Positions 19,901 to 30,300 of a stretch of 64,000 nucleotides of DNA are shown here, in pieces. The notes under the pieces are model-generated. The model saw only the letters and a program-made list of their open reading frames with translations, ran no database searches and was not told the DNA's origin. A program made the position numbers and the translations under genes. Each line of letters opens with the position of its first letter. The first letter of the stretch is position 1. Source of the stretch: a virus; IMG/VR virus record IMGVR_UViG_3300037963_005450, positions 1 to 64,000 of that record. One strand, written 5' to 3'.

Positions 19901-22900
19901 TCCATTTGATCTAAATCAGGCTTTATTAAATTTATTTCTGATTCAGGATTATAAAGAATTGCAAATTGATCTAAAATATCTTCTATTTGTTCCGCACCAA
20001 TCCAAGTTCCTTTAGCTTTTTGTTTTCTATTAGTATATACAGCTGCAATACTATATAAAATTTTATCTACATCCCTAGCAGGCATATAAATCTGCTGATA
20101 TTGAGTTTCTTCTTGCTTTGTAAATGGATTATATGCTTCATACTCAATAAAATCAATTGGTATTTGTGCTAAAGCAATATTTGCACCAGTCAATAATGTT
20201 TGTTTATCAGTAAATGCATTATTTTGTATAGTAGCATTTTTATATCTGCCCTCATCAATAGCTTTATATAAATCTGTTAATTCACTTCTATTTTTATTAC
20301 TAAATATGCTTTTAATCCATTCAACAAATCTGTTAAATAATGATTTAATTAAAGAATTAGTTTTAGTACTTTTTGGATTCTTTTTAAATTTTTGGAATTC
20401 ATCCGCCATATACTCTTCATAATATTCTTTCTTTAGTTGTTCTAAAGTCATTTCAGAATATATCTCTGATGAGTTTTTAAGTTTTTGTAACTCCTCATTA
20501 AATACTTTACCTTCTTTTCTTAGTTTTTCTCTAACCTCTTTGGCTGCCGCACTGTAATAAACTGCTTGTTCTTCAGGTGTAAGTAACATTCTAAATACAG
20601 CATGAAATGCTTCATGATATCTAGAAGGCATATTTTCTCCAGTAAATATTGTACCATTGATATCTATGCCTCCTGATATTTGCTTTAGGTTCATTACAAA
20701 TGCACCAACAGTATAACCATTTGTTATTATACGGTCCCTTAATGTATTAATATCCCCAATGGTTATAAACTCTGGTAAAACACTTTCAACCCAAGCTACA
20801 AACGTATCTAAGTTTTCAGGATTTTCTATCCTTTCATTTTTATCTATAACTTTTAATGCACCTTTTGCTAATTGACCATCTATTTTTTTCTTTTCTTTTT
20901 CAAGTTCAACTATTCTTTTATCTTTTCTGTTAAGTTTTATCCTTTCTTGATTCATTTTAACAGTATCTTCAGGATGCAATGCTTCAGCAGCTTCTCTATT
21001 TTCTTGCTTAATAACTTCTATTTCAGCTAAAACTTCTTTTCTTCTAGTTTTTAATTTATTATGTTTTTCTGCAGCTGTATTCATATTAACAGCTTTAGCA
21101 GCAAGTAATGGTTGATATCTTTTATCTAATACTTTAACTACTAAGGCTTCTCTACTAGATAATTTGTCTTGATTTTTATCTGCTATAATTTGTAATTGTT
21201 CATCACTAATATCTTCAAATCCTAATTGTCTGCTTTCATTAAAAGCTTCTTCACTAAGTTCATCAATTGTTTTTGTTTCATTTTCAATAACATCAGATTT
21301 TGTAACTTCATTTTCACTTTCATCAAGTTGAACTTGTGCACTATCTTCTTTAACTTTTATTGATTGAATTTCTGATGAATCTGTAACATCAACTAATAAT
21401 CCTACATCATATCTAATTCTAGAATCTATTTTTGAATTAAGCGTATTAAGAAATTCTTGAACATCTGTAATTTTTCTATCTACTGATTTACGGAAATTTT
21501 CTGTTGAAAAAATAGCACCGCCTGTAACTAATGTATCTAAAGCATTTTTTTGAGATTTTGATAATTCACTTTCTCTAGTAACAAGTTGACTAACAATTTC
21601 ACTAACAACCTCATTAAAGCTTGTAATATCAGGTTTCATTTCACTAATTCTATCCTGATCAATTTTTATAGTAAATGTTTTTTCTGAATTTCTTTGATTG
21701 TAAAATTCTAATTGAACATAACCATAAGAACTTACTTTCATACTTACAGTATATCCAGGTAAACTGTAGATGTAGAATTTTTTATTTAGTTCATTATTAT
21801 ATCCTTCAGGATAATTCTTAGTTTTTTTAGTATTATAAAACTCATCTTTTACTGTAACATCAGACCAAGGTTCACCTTCTTCTCTATTAACATTATTTTT
21901 AATAGTATCTGTAGCTCTTTCTTTAATATCTAGTAAAATATTATTTACTTCTTCTTCACTAAGTTTTTGAGATTGTAATTCAGCATAAGTATATACACCA
22001 TTTGGTAATTTAATTATAGCAACATATCTACCAGCGGCCATTGCATCTTTCATAAAATTACCCATGCCTACTTTAACATCATTATAAAGCTTGGTTAATT
22101 TTTTACCTTTTAAATTACTTATAGGATTTCCCGCAACTATATATACATTACCGTTATTATCTACTTTATATACAGTATCTGGATTATCTTTTTCTAACTG
22201 TTTTAAATCTTTTTGTGTATACTTAGTATCAACACGTTGATTGTCTAAAATTAAAACATTGCCATTATCATCAGCTGAATTATTAGTTAATTCAGACATT
22301 GGTGCTAACTCTGCTCCTTTAGGTACATATGCTAATCTACCAGGACTAGATTTTAAAATTACATCACCATCTAAATTAGACAACGGAATAGTTGTTTCTC
22401 CAGCTTCATATGCTTGTAATAATTGATTTAAAATATATTGTTGTTTAGCATAACCATCTTTAATATGCTTATCTAAATAAATAGGATTTCTATTATCAAA
22501 ATTATAAGAAGGTCTAAATATTTGTCTTATTTGAGCAGATGTCATATTAGGAACTTCAATTTCATTTCCAGAAGAATCTTTAAAAACTCTTTGTAATGCT
22601 GCTGGATAAAATGCTATAATGCCATCACTATTTAAATATTGCTCAGTATTATTTCCATCATTATCTATTAATTCAGAAAAAGCACCTGATTCTTTTAATA
22701 TATTTTCAATTTTTTGTTTTAATGCAGGATCTGTTGCTACTAATGCAATACTATATCTTTCACTACCAATTAATATTTGATTGTTTGGTTCATATTGTTT
22801 ACCATCTTTAGTTTTCTTAATACTAAATGGTTCTGGGTTATTTAAATTTTTATTTAATGTTATTTGAAATTCTAAACTATTTAACTCTTCATTAGTTAGA

Positions 22901-25900
22901 TTATTTAAAATATAATCCATTCTCATTTGAGCATCAGCTTTTGTTTCATTCATTCTTTTATTTTCCCAAGCATAAAAAGTTGTAAACTCATTTGGACTTA
23001 ACTTACTTGTATTAGTTATTACAGGATCATATATTTCATCTTTTAATTCAAACTGATTTTTAAATTGTCCAGTTAATAATTTAACTTGCTTTGGTTTTTT
23101 ATTACCAATTTCATCAAAAGCTACTAAAAATAATCTTCTTTTTCCTAACTCTGCTCCACGTCTTAATTTAGCTAATGTTGATATTATAACATAATCTTTT
23201 CCTTTAACTATACCTTGTTTAGCATTAGTCTTAGTTGCTGTAACTATTTTCCCGTAATGAAGACCTTCAACTTTATCAAAATCAAACAATGCATCATCAG
23301 GTAACTCTGATTCTATTTTTTTATATGCTTCTTTAGCTTCTTTAAGGCTGATATAGTTTTCCTTTATTGGAATTTTTTCAGTTCCTAAATCTGCATATGT
23401 TTCAGCTGTATTTAAACCATCTTCATCAAGAATAACATAATAAGTTATTGATTTATTATCTTCACTTTGCCCTGTTCTCTCTATAAGATATAATCCTGGA
23501 TTTTGATATCCTTTAACCGGTTTATCAGCTGGTTGTAATTTATCTTGAGGTATATTTTCAGGAATTGGTTCAGAAGAAAAATCTGAAAAAGACATTCCAT
23601 ATTTATTTACTATATCTGCAATAAGAGGATTTGTTTCATTAGTTGCTAACCATTGTTCAAAATTCAATGACTCACTTCCTTCAGGCACTGTTGCTAAATA
23701 CTCTTCATATTGTTCTTCAAGTCTTATAAAAGTTTTTATAATGTTTTGACCTTCTTGACTCTTTTTATAACCTGCTTCTGTTAATGGTTGTTTATTACCA
23801 CTAATTATAGTTTTACTAATATAGCTTCTATGTTTCTTTTTAAGTACTTTGTTTGCTTCATCTTTTAAAATCTCAACTTTTCTTTTTGGTTTTTTAACAG
23901 TTTCATCATCAGTTGTTTCTGTTTCTTCTTCAGTTAAATCTGAAACATCAAACTCATCTCCAACAGAATAATCTGCAGTAGCTTCTGATTCAGTTTTTCC
24001 TTGAGCTCTGTTATATTGACCAACAAGCCTAACAATTTCATTATAGAGAAGAGGGCTACCTTCTTTATTAATATTACCTGTTTCTGTAAATAAATATTTT
24101 AAAGTACCATCTTCAGTTGTTTCTAAAAATATACTTGCATCACTATTTTTAAAAAAGAAATCAATAGCTTCTGGAGTAGCAACTACACTATCACCTTCTT
24201 CTAAATTTTCAAAAGCTTTTAATAAAGCAACACCTTCTTGTTGAGCTACATATTTTTTAATTCTATCTCTTGTTTCTGCTTTAGCGTTTTTAAATCTTTT
24301 TTCTAAAACTTCAAATGTTAAATCAACAATTTTTTCAAATTCATTTTTATCACTTAAAAAACGTGCAGATCTTGCATATTTTCCAGAATCATCTTTTAAA
24401 TTAGTTCTATCAACTAATAATTGAACCGCATCTTTAACTTCACTCCATTTTATTTGATCACCTTTTTGTTCTGCTAAAAACTCTAAATATTTTACAATTG
24501 ATTTTTCTAAAACATTTATTTTCTTTTTACTAAAATGACCTTTTCTTTCACCGGTTTTGTTATAATTTTTTTCATTTGATAAAACCTTATGTATATTTTC
24601 TATCAAACGTAATTTATCTGTTTTGCTTTTTAATAGTTTTTTCTCAGTCTCTGTTTTTGCATCAGTTAATTTAATATCTTCTTTTAATAAATTCATTTCC
24701 CTATCTAAAGTTTTTAAATCAGATAGTGTAACTAAATCATTTGCTGCTATTTTACTAAGCACTGGATGAGATTCTAACATCTTATCAATTTCTTGAACTC
24801 TTTCTTCAGCTCTTTGAAATTTGTTATTAGTAAATAATTTTAAATATCTAACATGCTCATATGCTCTTTCTCTTAATAATTCTCGTCTCCACTCTTTAGA
24901 ACCATGTTCATATAAAGATCTATCATAAGGGTTTTTATTATCCCTCATATCTTTTTTAATTGCTTTGTCATGAATGTCTATTTGATCAATCATGTCTTGC
25001 ATTCTCTCTCTAAACTTTCCGTTTTTAATATCAGTTTTATGAGCTGGAAAAGCTTCCATCAACATTTTATCATCAAGATTTATATAATCTCTTAATTGAT
25101 CTTGGAAATACCCTTTCATTTTGTATTCTCCAATCACAGAATAAATAGCTCTATATTTTAAATCATCTTTAGCATTATAAAATCCATATACATCTCCTTT
25201 ATACGCAGAATCCATCATGTCTTCAGTAGCTTGTTTTTGAGCCACAAACATCATTCTTTCTATATCCATGTATTTGTCTGGATTTGACATTTGTTCATTA
25301 TGAACTTTATTTAAATTTGATACAGCTAAATCAATATAATCTTCTTTATTTTTTTGATACTCCGCCCATTTTTCTTTTTGAAATTTCATTTGATATAATG
25401 CAGGCATTCCGTCAAACAATAATTTTTGTGGTCCTTGTATCATACCTCCCATTAAAAACCCAGACATAAATACTTCACCACCTTCTTTGCTCCATTGACT
25501 TTGAATTCCTTCTCCCATTGCTGCTAAAACCGCATCTTGTCCAGCATAAGATGGATCATCAAATATTTTTCCATAGTAATCTTTTACACCATGAGAAACT
25601 GCTTCTTGATAAAGTTCTTGAACACCTTCTCCTAAATTTGCTGAAAAATATCTTAAAGATCCTGCAGCTCCTCTTTTAACAGAACCTTTTATAGTCCACT
25701 GCTTCATCATTTCTTTACTAGGTAACCAACCGCCTAAAGGACCTTTTGCCATTTTTTTCCAAATGTTTTTTTGTGGAGCACCGCCTTTCATTGCTGCTTG
25801 ACGCATAACTCTTCTTTGAAAACCACTTAGTGATTCATCCATTAATCTACTAATAGGTTTAAATCCAGTTAATGCACCAGTTAAAACAAGTCTATTTGTT

Positions 25901-27354
25901 AAAAATATAAATGGAGCATTCCATAAAGCTGTAGTAGCTGCAGCATCAGTGGCATTTTTAACTATTTCATCCATATCTGAACTAGTCATTTGTTTACCCT
26001 TATTTTCTGGTTTTGCATACCATTGTTGTATACCTGTCTGAATTCTTTCATTATAAACTAAACCACCTTCTAATTTAGCTTCTGAAACAGCAAGATTTAC
26101 TGCTCTAAGATCTCTATAAAATGCACCAGCTGTTCTTGATACCTTTGCTAGATTGGTCATATTTTCAGCAGCTTTTCCAGTTGTCCTCCAATATTTCATT
26201 GCATATAAAGTATTGGGTGTTAACAATTTACCCGTAAATTTACCCGTTCCTTTTACAATCCCTTTAGAAACATTATAAATTCCTTTAGCAACATTGGCAG
26301 CTCTCATTTCATTTAACATTGCTTTTGTTCTACCAACCATTTTAGTAAAACCAGTAGCTAATCTTGTTATTCTACCCGCATTTCTTACAGTTGCCCCTAC
26401 AGCTAATGCGTCTGATGCTGGATTTAAACCACCTTGCAAAGCTGCAGCTCCCCATAATACAAGTTCTTCAAGAGCTATTTCTGAAATTATACCCGTTGTA
26501 TAACCCAAATTTAATGCAAGATTGCTCATAAAAGGACTAACACCAGATTTAGTACTCATACCAATCCTCATTGCATCTTCCATTTCTTGTGCACTTTCTA
26601 TATCAGGTGCTGTAAAGTATGGATCATCATCAAATAAATCTCCTATTGATCTCCATATAGATGAAAATCCTGTTGCAAATTGACTTCCAAAATGAGGAAT
26701 CATTCTTGCCCAATCATCCCAATTACTAGAATTAGCATTATAATAAGATTCATTATCTACATATGGATTAAAACCTAATTCATGAAATTTATTATGCTCA
26801 TAATATCTTTGAAGATTGCTAGATCTAATGCCAAATTGCATAGGATCTCCTTCATATTTTGTTTGTTTATTGGCAGGATCAAGTGTAAAATTTCCTAAAT
26901 CTTGCAGTGCTTGATCTTCAGCAGACATTCCAACAGGATTATAATCTACACCTGAAGGTCCTGGTCTTAAACCTAATGTATTGCTTACTCCACCAATAGA
27001 ATATCTATTAATATTTGGAGCATTTGCTTCAATCATATTAGCTGTTTCTACATCTACAGCAGTTGTCCAACCTTCATGAATATCTGGTGCTAAATATTCT
27101 TGAATTGGTTTATAATCAAACTCTTGCCTCATTTCATAGCCTGTAGGAAAATTAAGACTATCTCCTGCAATTTGTTCAGTAAATGTTGGATTTACTGGTG
27201 TTGGATTAATAGGTGCTGCCGGCAAACCATAATTAAAATTTTCATCCGTTGTTGAATTTGGATTATTTATGGTTTCATCTACCGTTGGATCCGGAATATT
27301 TGGATCTGGTATGATTGGATCTAAATTATACATATTTTGATCAAAATCTGCCAT
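10966..27354 (-). CDS. Virion-packaged DNA-dependent RNA polymerase polyprotein, crAss type (5462 aa)
   Basis: GVRIPSQ...S...VDFMP..GS...P......SGADFDIDALY (DFDID at 14746-14760) is the crAss/phi14:2 gp66-type catalytic signature. Also HEAFH zincin motif (20602-20616) with downstream EEYMADEF, N-terminal Gly/Ala-rich hydrophobic segments, and an inserted ART-like domain. Confidence 0.92.
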   Translation of the reverse strand: MADFDQNMYNLDPIIPDPNIPDPTVDETINNPNSTTDENFNYGLPAAPINPTPVNPTFTEQIAGDSLNFPTGYEMRQEFDYKPIQEYLAPDIHEGWTTAVDVETANMIEANAPNINRYSIGGVSNTLGLRPGPSGVDYNPVGMSAEDQALQDLGNFTLDPANKQTKYEGDPMQFGIRSSNLQRYYEHNKFHELGFNPYVDNESYYNANSSNWDDWARMIPHFGSQFATGFSSIWRSIGDLFDDDPYFTAPDIESAQEMEDAMRIGMSTKSGVSPFMSNLALNLGYTTGIISEIALEELVLWGAAALQGGLNPASDALAVGATVRNAGRITRLATGFTKMVGRTKAMLNEMRAANVAKGIYNVSKGIVKGTGKFTGKLLTPNTLYAMKYWRTTGKAAENMTNLAKVSRTAGAFYRDLRAVNLAVSEAKLEGGLVYNERIQTGIQQWYAKPENKGKQMTSSDMDEIVKNATDAAATTALWNAPFIFLTNRLVLTGALTGFKPISRLMDESLSGFQRRVMRQAAMKGGAPQKNIWKKMAKGPLGGWLPSKEMMKQWTIKGSVKRGAAGSLRYFSANLGEGVQELYQEAVSHGVKDYYGKIFDDPSYAGQDAVLAAMGEGIQSQWSKEGGEVFMSGFLMGGMIQGPQKLLFDGMPALYQMKFQKEKWAEYQKNKEDYIDLAVSNLNKVHNEQMSNPDKYMDIERMMFVAQKQATEDMMDSAYKGDVYGFYNAKDDLKYRAIYSVIGEYKMKGYFQDQLRDYINLDDKMLMEAFPAHKTDIKNGKFRERMQDMIDQIDIHDKAIKKDMRDNKNPYDRSLYEHGSKEWRRELLRERAYEHVRYLKLFTNNKFQRAEERVQEIDKMLESHPVLSKIAANDLVTLSDLKTLDREMNLLKEDIKLTDAKTETEKKLLKSKTDKLRLIENIHKVLSNEKNYNKTGERKGHFSKKKINVLEKSIVKYLEFLAEQKGDQIKWSEVKDAVQLLVDRTNLKDDSGKYARSARFLSDKNEFEKIVDLTFEVLEKRFKNAKAETRDRIKKYVAQQEGVALLKAFENLEEGDSVVATPEAIDFFFKNSDASIFLETTEDGTLKYLFTETGNINKEGSPLLYNEIVRLVGQYNRAQGKTESEATADYSVGDEFDVSDLTEEETETTDDETVKKPKRKVEILKDEANKVLKKKHRSYISKTIISGNKQPLTEAGYKKSQEGQNIIKTFIRLEEQYEEYLATVPEGSESLNFEQWLATNETNPLIADIVNKYGMSFSDFSSEPIPENIPQDKLQPADKPVKGYQNPGLYLIERTGQSEDNKSITYYVILDEDGLNTAETYADLGTEKIPIKENYISLKEAKEAYKKIESELPDDALFDFDKVEGLHYGKIVTATKTNAKQGIVKGKDYVIISTLAKLRRGAELGKRRLFLVAFDEIGNKKPKQVKLLTGQFKNQFELKDEIYDPVITNTSKLSPNEFTTFYAWENKRMNETKADAQMRMDYILNNLTNEELNSLEFQITLNKNLNNPEPFSIKKTKDGKQYEPNNQILIGSERYSIALVATDPALKQKIENILKESGAFSELIDNDGNNTEQYLNSDGIIAFYPAALQRVFKDSSGNEIEVPNMTSAQIRQIFRPSYNFDNRNPIYLDKHIKDGYAKQQYILNQLLQAYEAGETTIPLSNLDGDVILKSSPGRLAYVPKGAELAPMSELTNNSADDNGNVLILDNQRVDTKYTQKDLKQLEKDNPDTVYKVDNNGNVYIVAGNPISNLKGKKLTKLYNDVKVGMGNFMKDAMAAGRYVAIIKLPNGVYTYAELQSQKLSEEEVNNILLDIKERATDTIKNNVNREEGEPWSDVTVKDEFYNTKKTKNYPEGYNNELNKKFYIYSLPGYTVSMKVSSYGYVQLEFYNQRNSEKTFTIKIDQDRISEMKPDITSFNEVVSEIVSQLVTRESELSKSQKNALDTLVTGGAIFSTENFRKSVDRKITDVQEFLNTLNSKIDSRIRYDVGLLVDVTDSSEIQSIKVKEDSAQVQLDESENEVTKSDVIENETKTIDELSEEAFNESRQLGFEDISDEQLQIIADKNQDKLSSREALVVKVLDKRYQPLLAAKAVNMNTAAEKHNKLKTRRKEVLAEIEVIKQENREAAEALHPEDTVKMNQERIKLNRKDKRIVELEKEKKKIDGQLAKGALKVIDKNERIENPENLDTFVAWVESVLPEFITIGDINTLRDRIITNGYTVGAFVMNLKQISGGIDINGTIFTGENMPSRYHEAFHAVFRMLLTPEEQAVYYSAAAKEVREKLRKEGKVFNEELQKLKNSSEIYSEMTLEQLKKEYYEEYMADEFQKFKKNPKSTKTNSLIKSLFNRFVEWIKSIFSNKNRSELTDLYKAIDEGRYKNATIQNNAFTDKQTLLTGANIALAQIPIDFIEYEAYNPFTKQEETQYQQIYMPARDVDKILYSIAAVYTNRKQKAKGTWIGAEQIEDILDQFAILYNPESEINLIKPDLDQMEDQLRLYSDAFENPITRMEIRLAVEKILGFADLQINEKEEILEEEEDEKGLRDTSQWDKDASMIGGFSSLSSGIRQFILTTAVQSTDSFGNTELPSGEKLIVPVNVMEAYNLLLKASANRKSSTEILKALNGFTLNGNYEGAAVVDRIFTEIGLSREDVAAGNFENIKNPYFYNSVMKAFDQVRLDYIFVHRDQEGNVLLYDAASRDDAKSQFNHWNDAYDMQFDKLRFDSQLREEIIDELREFQSEYFTESISSLNEKEYEQMIQDSKKYANLIQDKLGISLSPVYLQYSVLQNVLTKDINQQALLDVYDAEALEFEDLNQMMLHLNLNRNFFVDEADEGIRGRIEKLARGNAIFDERIGASVFRNPNGDLVYAHQLPTMHTVKINQLNDINKLENLKDVAYLEKNALLNDPYFYQLATENRLQVIRVAGSKEGGNVDEDTLVETSGIANDIEGSTYGESTPKEFITDLINVYTYFYNTKRKEIDGVSIGEDIPRAIAPSLIRVIEASNQGDFIGLPVIKTVTKNNDGETALTEETIQKFVTELQNEYDRIRRESNEDTKTTDLIDGYNARLAGNDLVPDDTGRAYKLTNTGNLVTPKTERSIDRSKAVDRMYASEGQTELLFDEANPTNLIIRTPATSIKLGIRPGETATVEITKKGKKAADNVTEEFTLRSRGKITVDSSNIDSLIKAFGSSVVTTKKEGWPELRIGDKVWWVENFQILQFLRGKKAMVAYDIAKGEVESLAVEEVVEEGVVSPIKGINDVFELHPELSNIGSKQDYINYLTTIFPDSQLKDILFHGSNKRIEEVKEFQDVEREEQMDYPIEDGLFFSREKEYSGNSHPAEEYGKVITAAIVNIKNPEKGYETDAFRGRRRNKKSDAIFGTYVRTQKEDTEKQKARAKQRLEAFKPENHNIVVVFKPSQVHLLGNEKDLEMFKEFVESGSEVFEKTKLTETEIFNGLKAKLEAAAVEGKTFAQAINDIEGLNEDVLKSLIEERLIQEFEDFRITLDEIRATGSISSKITEGFKNENGKVGPQENDAMEALNLKPDDAEFNLMQVFFNDWLNSKSFNDLILGDQAMSLKDAVDKIKRAKAQNAAGYSAQTDIFDPSIDILHPVENISLFTITDPKYQQLFDFGANRQGDKADAQMWMTIKAFQYMWFGFGKLNAKQQEIIEKLKRGEKLTSEDVFGNPETGVSGLKSFNAFINSKKLVYADGDTFLKMSAFVLTKELTSRKNSKGEWIAKENRKELHNLRVNLEQFETREWEENGNGTLAIAAPMSASKMRKGRVLNEGKLFNEELPLNLNQSTTLSAEWMRLQMINPSNKVIITDPTQMKSIITSEQKDDTAVIINGKETDLGTIRKAYQKSTSNRGQLKFVNQRNLLLDFNIETAMRELETSKINNQFTVDLYSFLEYAIDGLEASQTSASIIEYFRQDTSGESRNLNNPITISKFEQLFLSYFGKQVFREKIPGHKVSLLSGKGFKVYRKVLSVDENGQPLRSEIIRDDQWEAMNENERPTLFRTEFDDVQNKTFVGLEQALKDNIKGGVVVLDELRFNAVEFDENGKETGQRYAEFIMPPHFKSIMDKVIATGGETITVSEIEKKWKTWANTKSFSPKANDFIVRSEIEGFDANRSKKEYAAAFGYATTTNQKGNTVFLPKNGKGMVTIPAALAKAFGVRIPSQDMHSSINLKLVDFMPAFYGSTAVFPDQLIEVSGADFDIDALYMQVKEFYEENGEFKAYGDATTKIGKYREYIDYQMKDAYATNSSLNAARKKYLAKGVNMATSLTDKQKAKAKEAGLSDDVIGALMILGLPITQKQYETYKEERTYTVGKGKTKMTFQTEPYAAPMNNDILDQKFALLGNEAMTQTVGGRQVPVAYESAVIDPLITEWKWIEENLPELAELVQEDDVDVDNLNGKLKAWTNNKEGARSIGAAVLPNVIVNLLAEANVKYRSIKVNNRETYPQIKYNGVTFRDFNTQFEIDLETGKQNPKGERTQFIISALITAMTDNAKERLAAKLGLNKDALATVVNLTALGVPIRTSILLINNPLIKNFYWENANRESKTEAGIYAMVKAHIRDMETSYANIYDKNLSQDAKVEVTNESLMEAIKEMKSFNRDERKYGTLFTAKNAEERRYSKSMFHRDYAILKQWQNAHRLKKFTGEMQSMVNLAKTLGQNFRDVTERNMSIDNLGLFYEGPYSSLTMSNITKEGIELPLEEGWRKIFKGDDSTFHGNNVNMDRQLQELLPKIFLSKTKKFTDILNTTMANLNPRVVNDIWKGADIHNRVSTDLLAYVTMKAYIQGLRKAGKPISLSSLNNGLIYKENDSAVQIDDVIIKLRKIYEGKENYFLNRFIFNDSAFRSTNKTGVSQIKSTTWTKVSPAQVEKIQNSFADIFSNPETRADAIHIAHYVMVKDGLQFKSGSILSALAPFIYDLYIDYVDIAHEAFQTKEDDKAFADIFGMSHAEMVKDFVYGYLNANPINWMLPTMGNVKRRGRNIQIYAPDSNKFKTASFAIDSVQQDTENIYIYPESEGYAGNARIQDLENAFGIQFKIDGGSTESSYYTNNDEADFKVLIDSQIKRIKDDGRPIVLPRYFISKAEKSNVYKYGPKIFNYLKQRMKDEFDYNISTNQIESEGTISKKAAANQPALILETEEGTGLIIDLYNGVLGRPNDNQSKNELNERHYQNPSQKANKQISRNLSILEASHGFNSVRKDTKFGVRTELIFPAEIRIKQMESIQNEFGRLTQIPTYRTFKLNKAWSGSNTGSNEIITANQPLTTGSRAEYIETEPVGSNQATPIAFSFDGIVPTYKDVRRGVIAREDGSLEDNSDIGMAEGTFDSNRFKTEEEIAKELAVQNNNVKANENEVIVGTKNISEYTDAPAVEEETPSIPADENIGDDVEGGIGINEILNFANENEESFTEIEDFFDEIDDMPKAESEAMYKNLKDFAKISDYQSAVEVFQESDFETQDEFLDYLKKCSKG

Positions 27355-27364
27355 GTTATATGTT

Positions 27365-30300
27365 TTAGTTTGTTAATGCTTTGGGTATATTATACTGTAC
27401 CGTTTTGTTTGGATTATTTTTTTTCCATGTTTGCATAGGTATCTTAATAAATCTATTGTGGTTTTGAAGTGCTTCTTTTTGAAAGCCTTGCATCCACATA
27501 TCTAAATCTTGTTTTTCTACAGGTTGTCCAGTATATTTATTTAGTATAGGAGCTGCTCTACCGGCTTCAACATCTGGATGTTGTTTTACAGTTCCTGTTT
27601 TATCATCAAATGTTACAGCTCCAAAAGATCTATAGTAAATACCATTATCTTTCCAAACATTTAAACTTAAACTTGGTCCAGTTGATGGTACAGTCCATTT
27701 ATATACCCCATCATTTTTTTGTATATTATAATCAGTTGTTGAATGAACTAAATCAGGCAATCCTTTAGGATTATTATCTAAACTTTTATCAAACATTATT
27801 GTAACAGTTTGTTTGTCAATATTTGTTATTAGATCTGATGTTTCACCGGTCAAATATTTTTGTAGGGTTTGAGCAGTTTTTTTAGGAACTTGAATTTGAT
27901 ATGCAGCTTTTTTACTAGTTGTAGCTCCTCCACCATATCCACTAAAATATTTAATTGAAAAAGTATTTCTTCCTTGAGCTTTTGATCCAGATTGAGCATC
28001 TTTAATAGAATTTTGAATTGTTCCTATTACTAAATTTCTTGCTTCATCTGATCCTTTTGGGTTTTCTACAGTTGCTGCTCCAATTGTAAATGGTTGTTCA
28101 CCAAAACCAACAGCATATGTTGCTTCTGGACCATTTAATATTTTTATAATTTCTCCCATCATTAATGCATCATCTTTTTCTAAGTTTAAAGGATCTATAT
28201 ATTGAGTAAATATAGGATACTTTGTTCCTCCTTCTGCACTCATATCTTTTGCACTAGTTCCTTGCATATATTGATAATGAGAAAAAATTGGTTGTTCTAA
28301 AGGATTTCCATCATTATCTTTCATTCCAGCATATGCTGATGTATATGGTCTATTTATAGCATAAGCATAACTATCATAAATTTGATCAGGACCTCCTCCT
28401 TCTTTTACTAATTGACCTGCAGATTTTTCATATTTACCAGGAACCCAATATGTTTTTGATCCTCCCAACATTCCACCCGGACCACCACCAACATAAGAAG
28501 TAGTTTCATTATGTCCCGGTACCCATTTATAATGAGAAGTTTTTGAATTAAAATACAACTCTTTAAAACGTTCTTTACTAAGAAGTCTTTTAGTATATTC
28601 TAAAGCTTCCCATGAATCTAAAGGTATATCATCTTCTCCTTTTTTTAATTTTCCTACATTTATACCATATATAGTTTCAATTTTTGAAAATAATTTTGGA
28701 TCATCTTTTTTAAGTGTATGTTCTGTTCCTGCTTTATCTTTGTATTTTAATCCTTTTGCATCTGATTTTAATACATCTTCAAGCAACATGGTTTCAAAAG
28801 GACTAATATATGGTTTTACAATACTTGCTTTTTCAAAAGCTTCAATTGAACTTTTTTTACCATCAATAGTCATATTTTTATTTGTCATCAAGTTTCCATA
28901 ATCAACCATCATTTTTTTCCATCCACCATCAGTATATTTTTGGACTAAACCGCTAGTGTTATCAAACTTTGCTTTAATGCTAGGAAAATTATCACTTTCT
29001 GCCATATTTGGCATAAAACCATTATCTTTTCCGCTTACTTTTTCTACTTTCCTTTTTGTATCATCATACATTAAATTAAGTGCCCCTTGATTTTTCATGA
29101 AAAAGTTTTTTGCATCTGACCAACTCATTTTTTCTGTCTTACCTTCCAATGCATTATAAAATTCAAAAAAGCCTTGATTTTCTGGGTTGTCTAAAGCATC
29201 ACGTTCTTGATAAAATGATTTTATAGCATCCCATTTTGCTTCAGGAATGGCTTTATTCCAAAATTCTTTTTCAACTTTTTGATTATCCATTTGATTTATT
29301 GGTGCATTTGGATTTGGATCACCATCTGCATCAGGCACATATCCCAAATTCATATTTCCACCAGAATCAAAATCTTTACCTTGAATTAAACTTTCTAACC
29401 AATTTGACCAATACTTATCTTTCTTTTCTTTTTCAGATTCTCTTTTTTCTTTTTCTTGATTAACCCAATCATCAGCATTTGCTTTGGCTATTATTTTATT
29501 TAAATCTAATTGATGTTGATATGATTTTTTTTGTAGATCAAACTCTTGTTGTTTATACATTTTCCATTTTTGATCTATTTCCATTTCCATTTGCTCTGTC
29601 CCAGCAGCATATAAAATAGAAGCATCACTAATTTCACTCATAATGTTACTTGAAATAACTATACCATAAGCTTGATTTAATAATCCTTTTAAATCTTCTG
29701 TTTGATTAATTTGTACAGGATCTAAATCTTTAGTATTTGCATTTACATCTGTTGCAACTTCTACTTCTTGATTGGCTGCTTCTATAGCCATTATTTGTTT
29801 AAGAAATTCCATTTCTTGCGGTGACCCTTTAACTATACCATATTTATCTTTATATGTTTGCCAAGATGTAGCATTAGTTGTAACCTTATTTTGATTTGTT
29901 TTTGCTAAATTTAATCTTTTATCATTAACTAGTTTGGCAAATTCAATTCTATCTGTGGCCCAAGCTCTTTTTGCAGCATCTCCATATAAAGTTTGTCCTG
30001 ATGAAACATACCCGTTTTCTGCAGCTTCTCTAGATCCTACATATGCTTTTGTCCATTCAGAATCTAATACTCTAGGATCTTGCATTAATTGTTTTTGAAC
30101 AAATGCAGCAGCTATATTTTCTGTAATAGGTTGTAATTTTTCTTGACCATTTTCATCAAGTTCTCCAGTTTTAGCATAACCAACTACTCTGTTAGTTAAT
30201 AAATCACCATTTGTCTTTTTAATTTTCCAACCGTTTTCTAAAAAATCTTGTGTTAATGTCATTCCTTTTCCCTCACCCCATGCATTTTTTAACAAATCCA

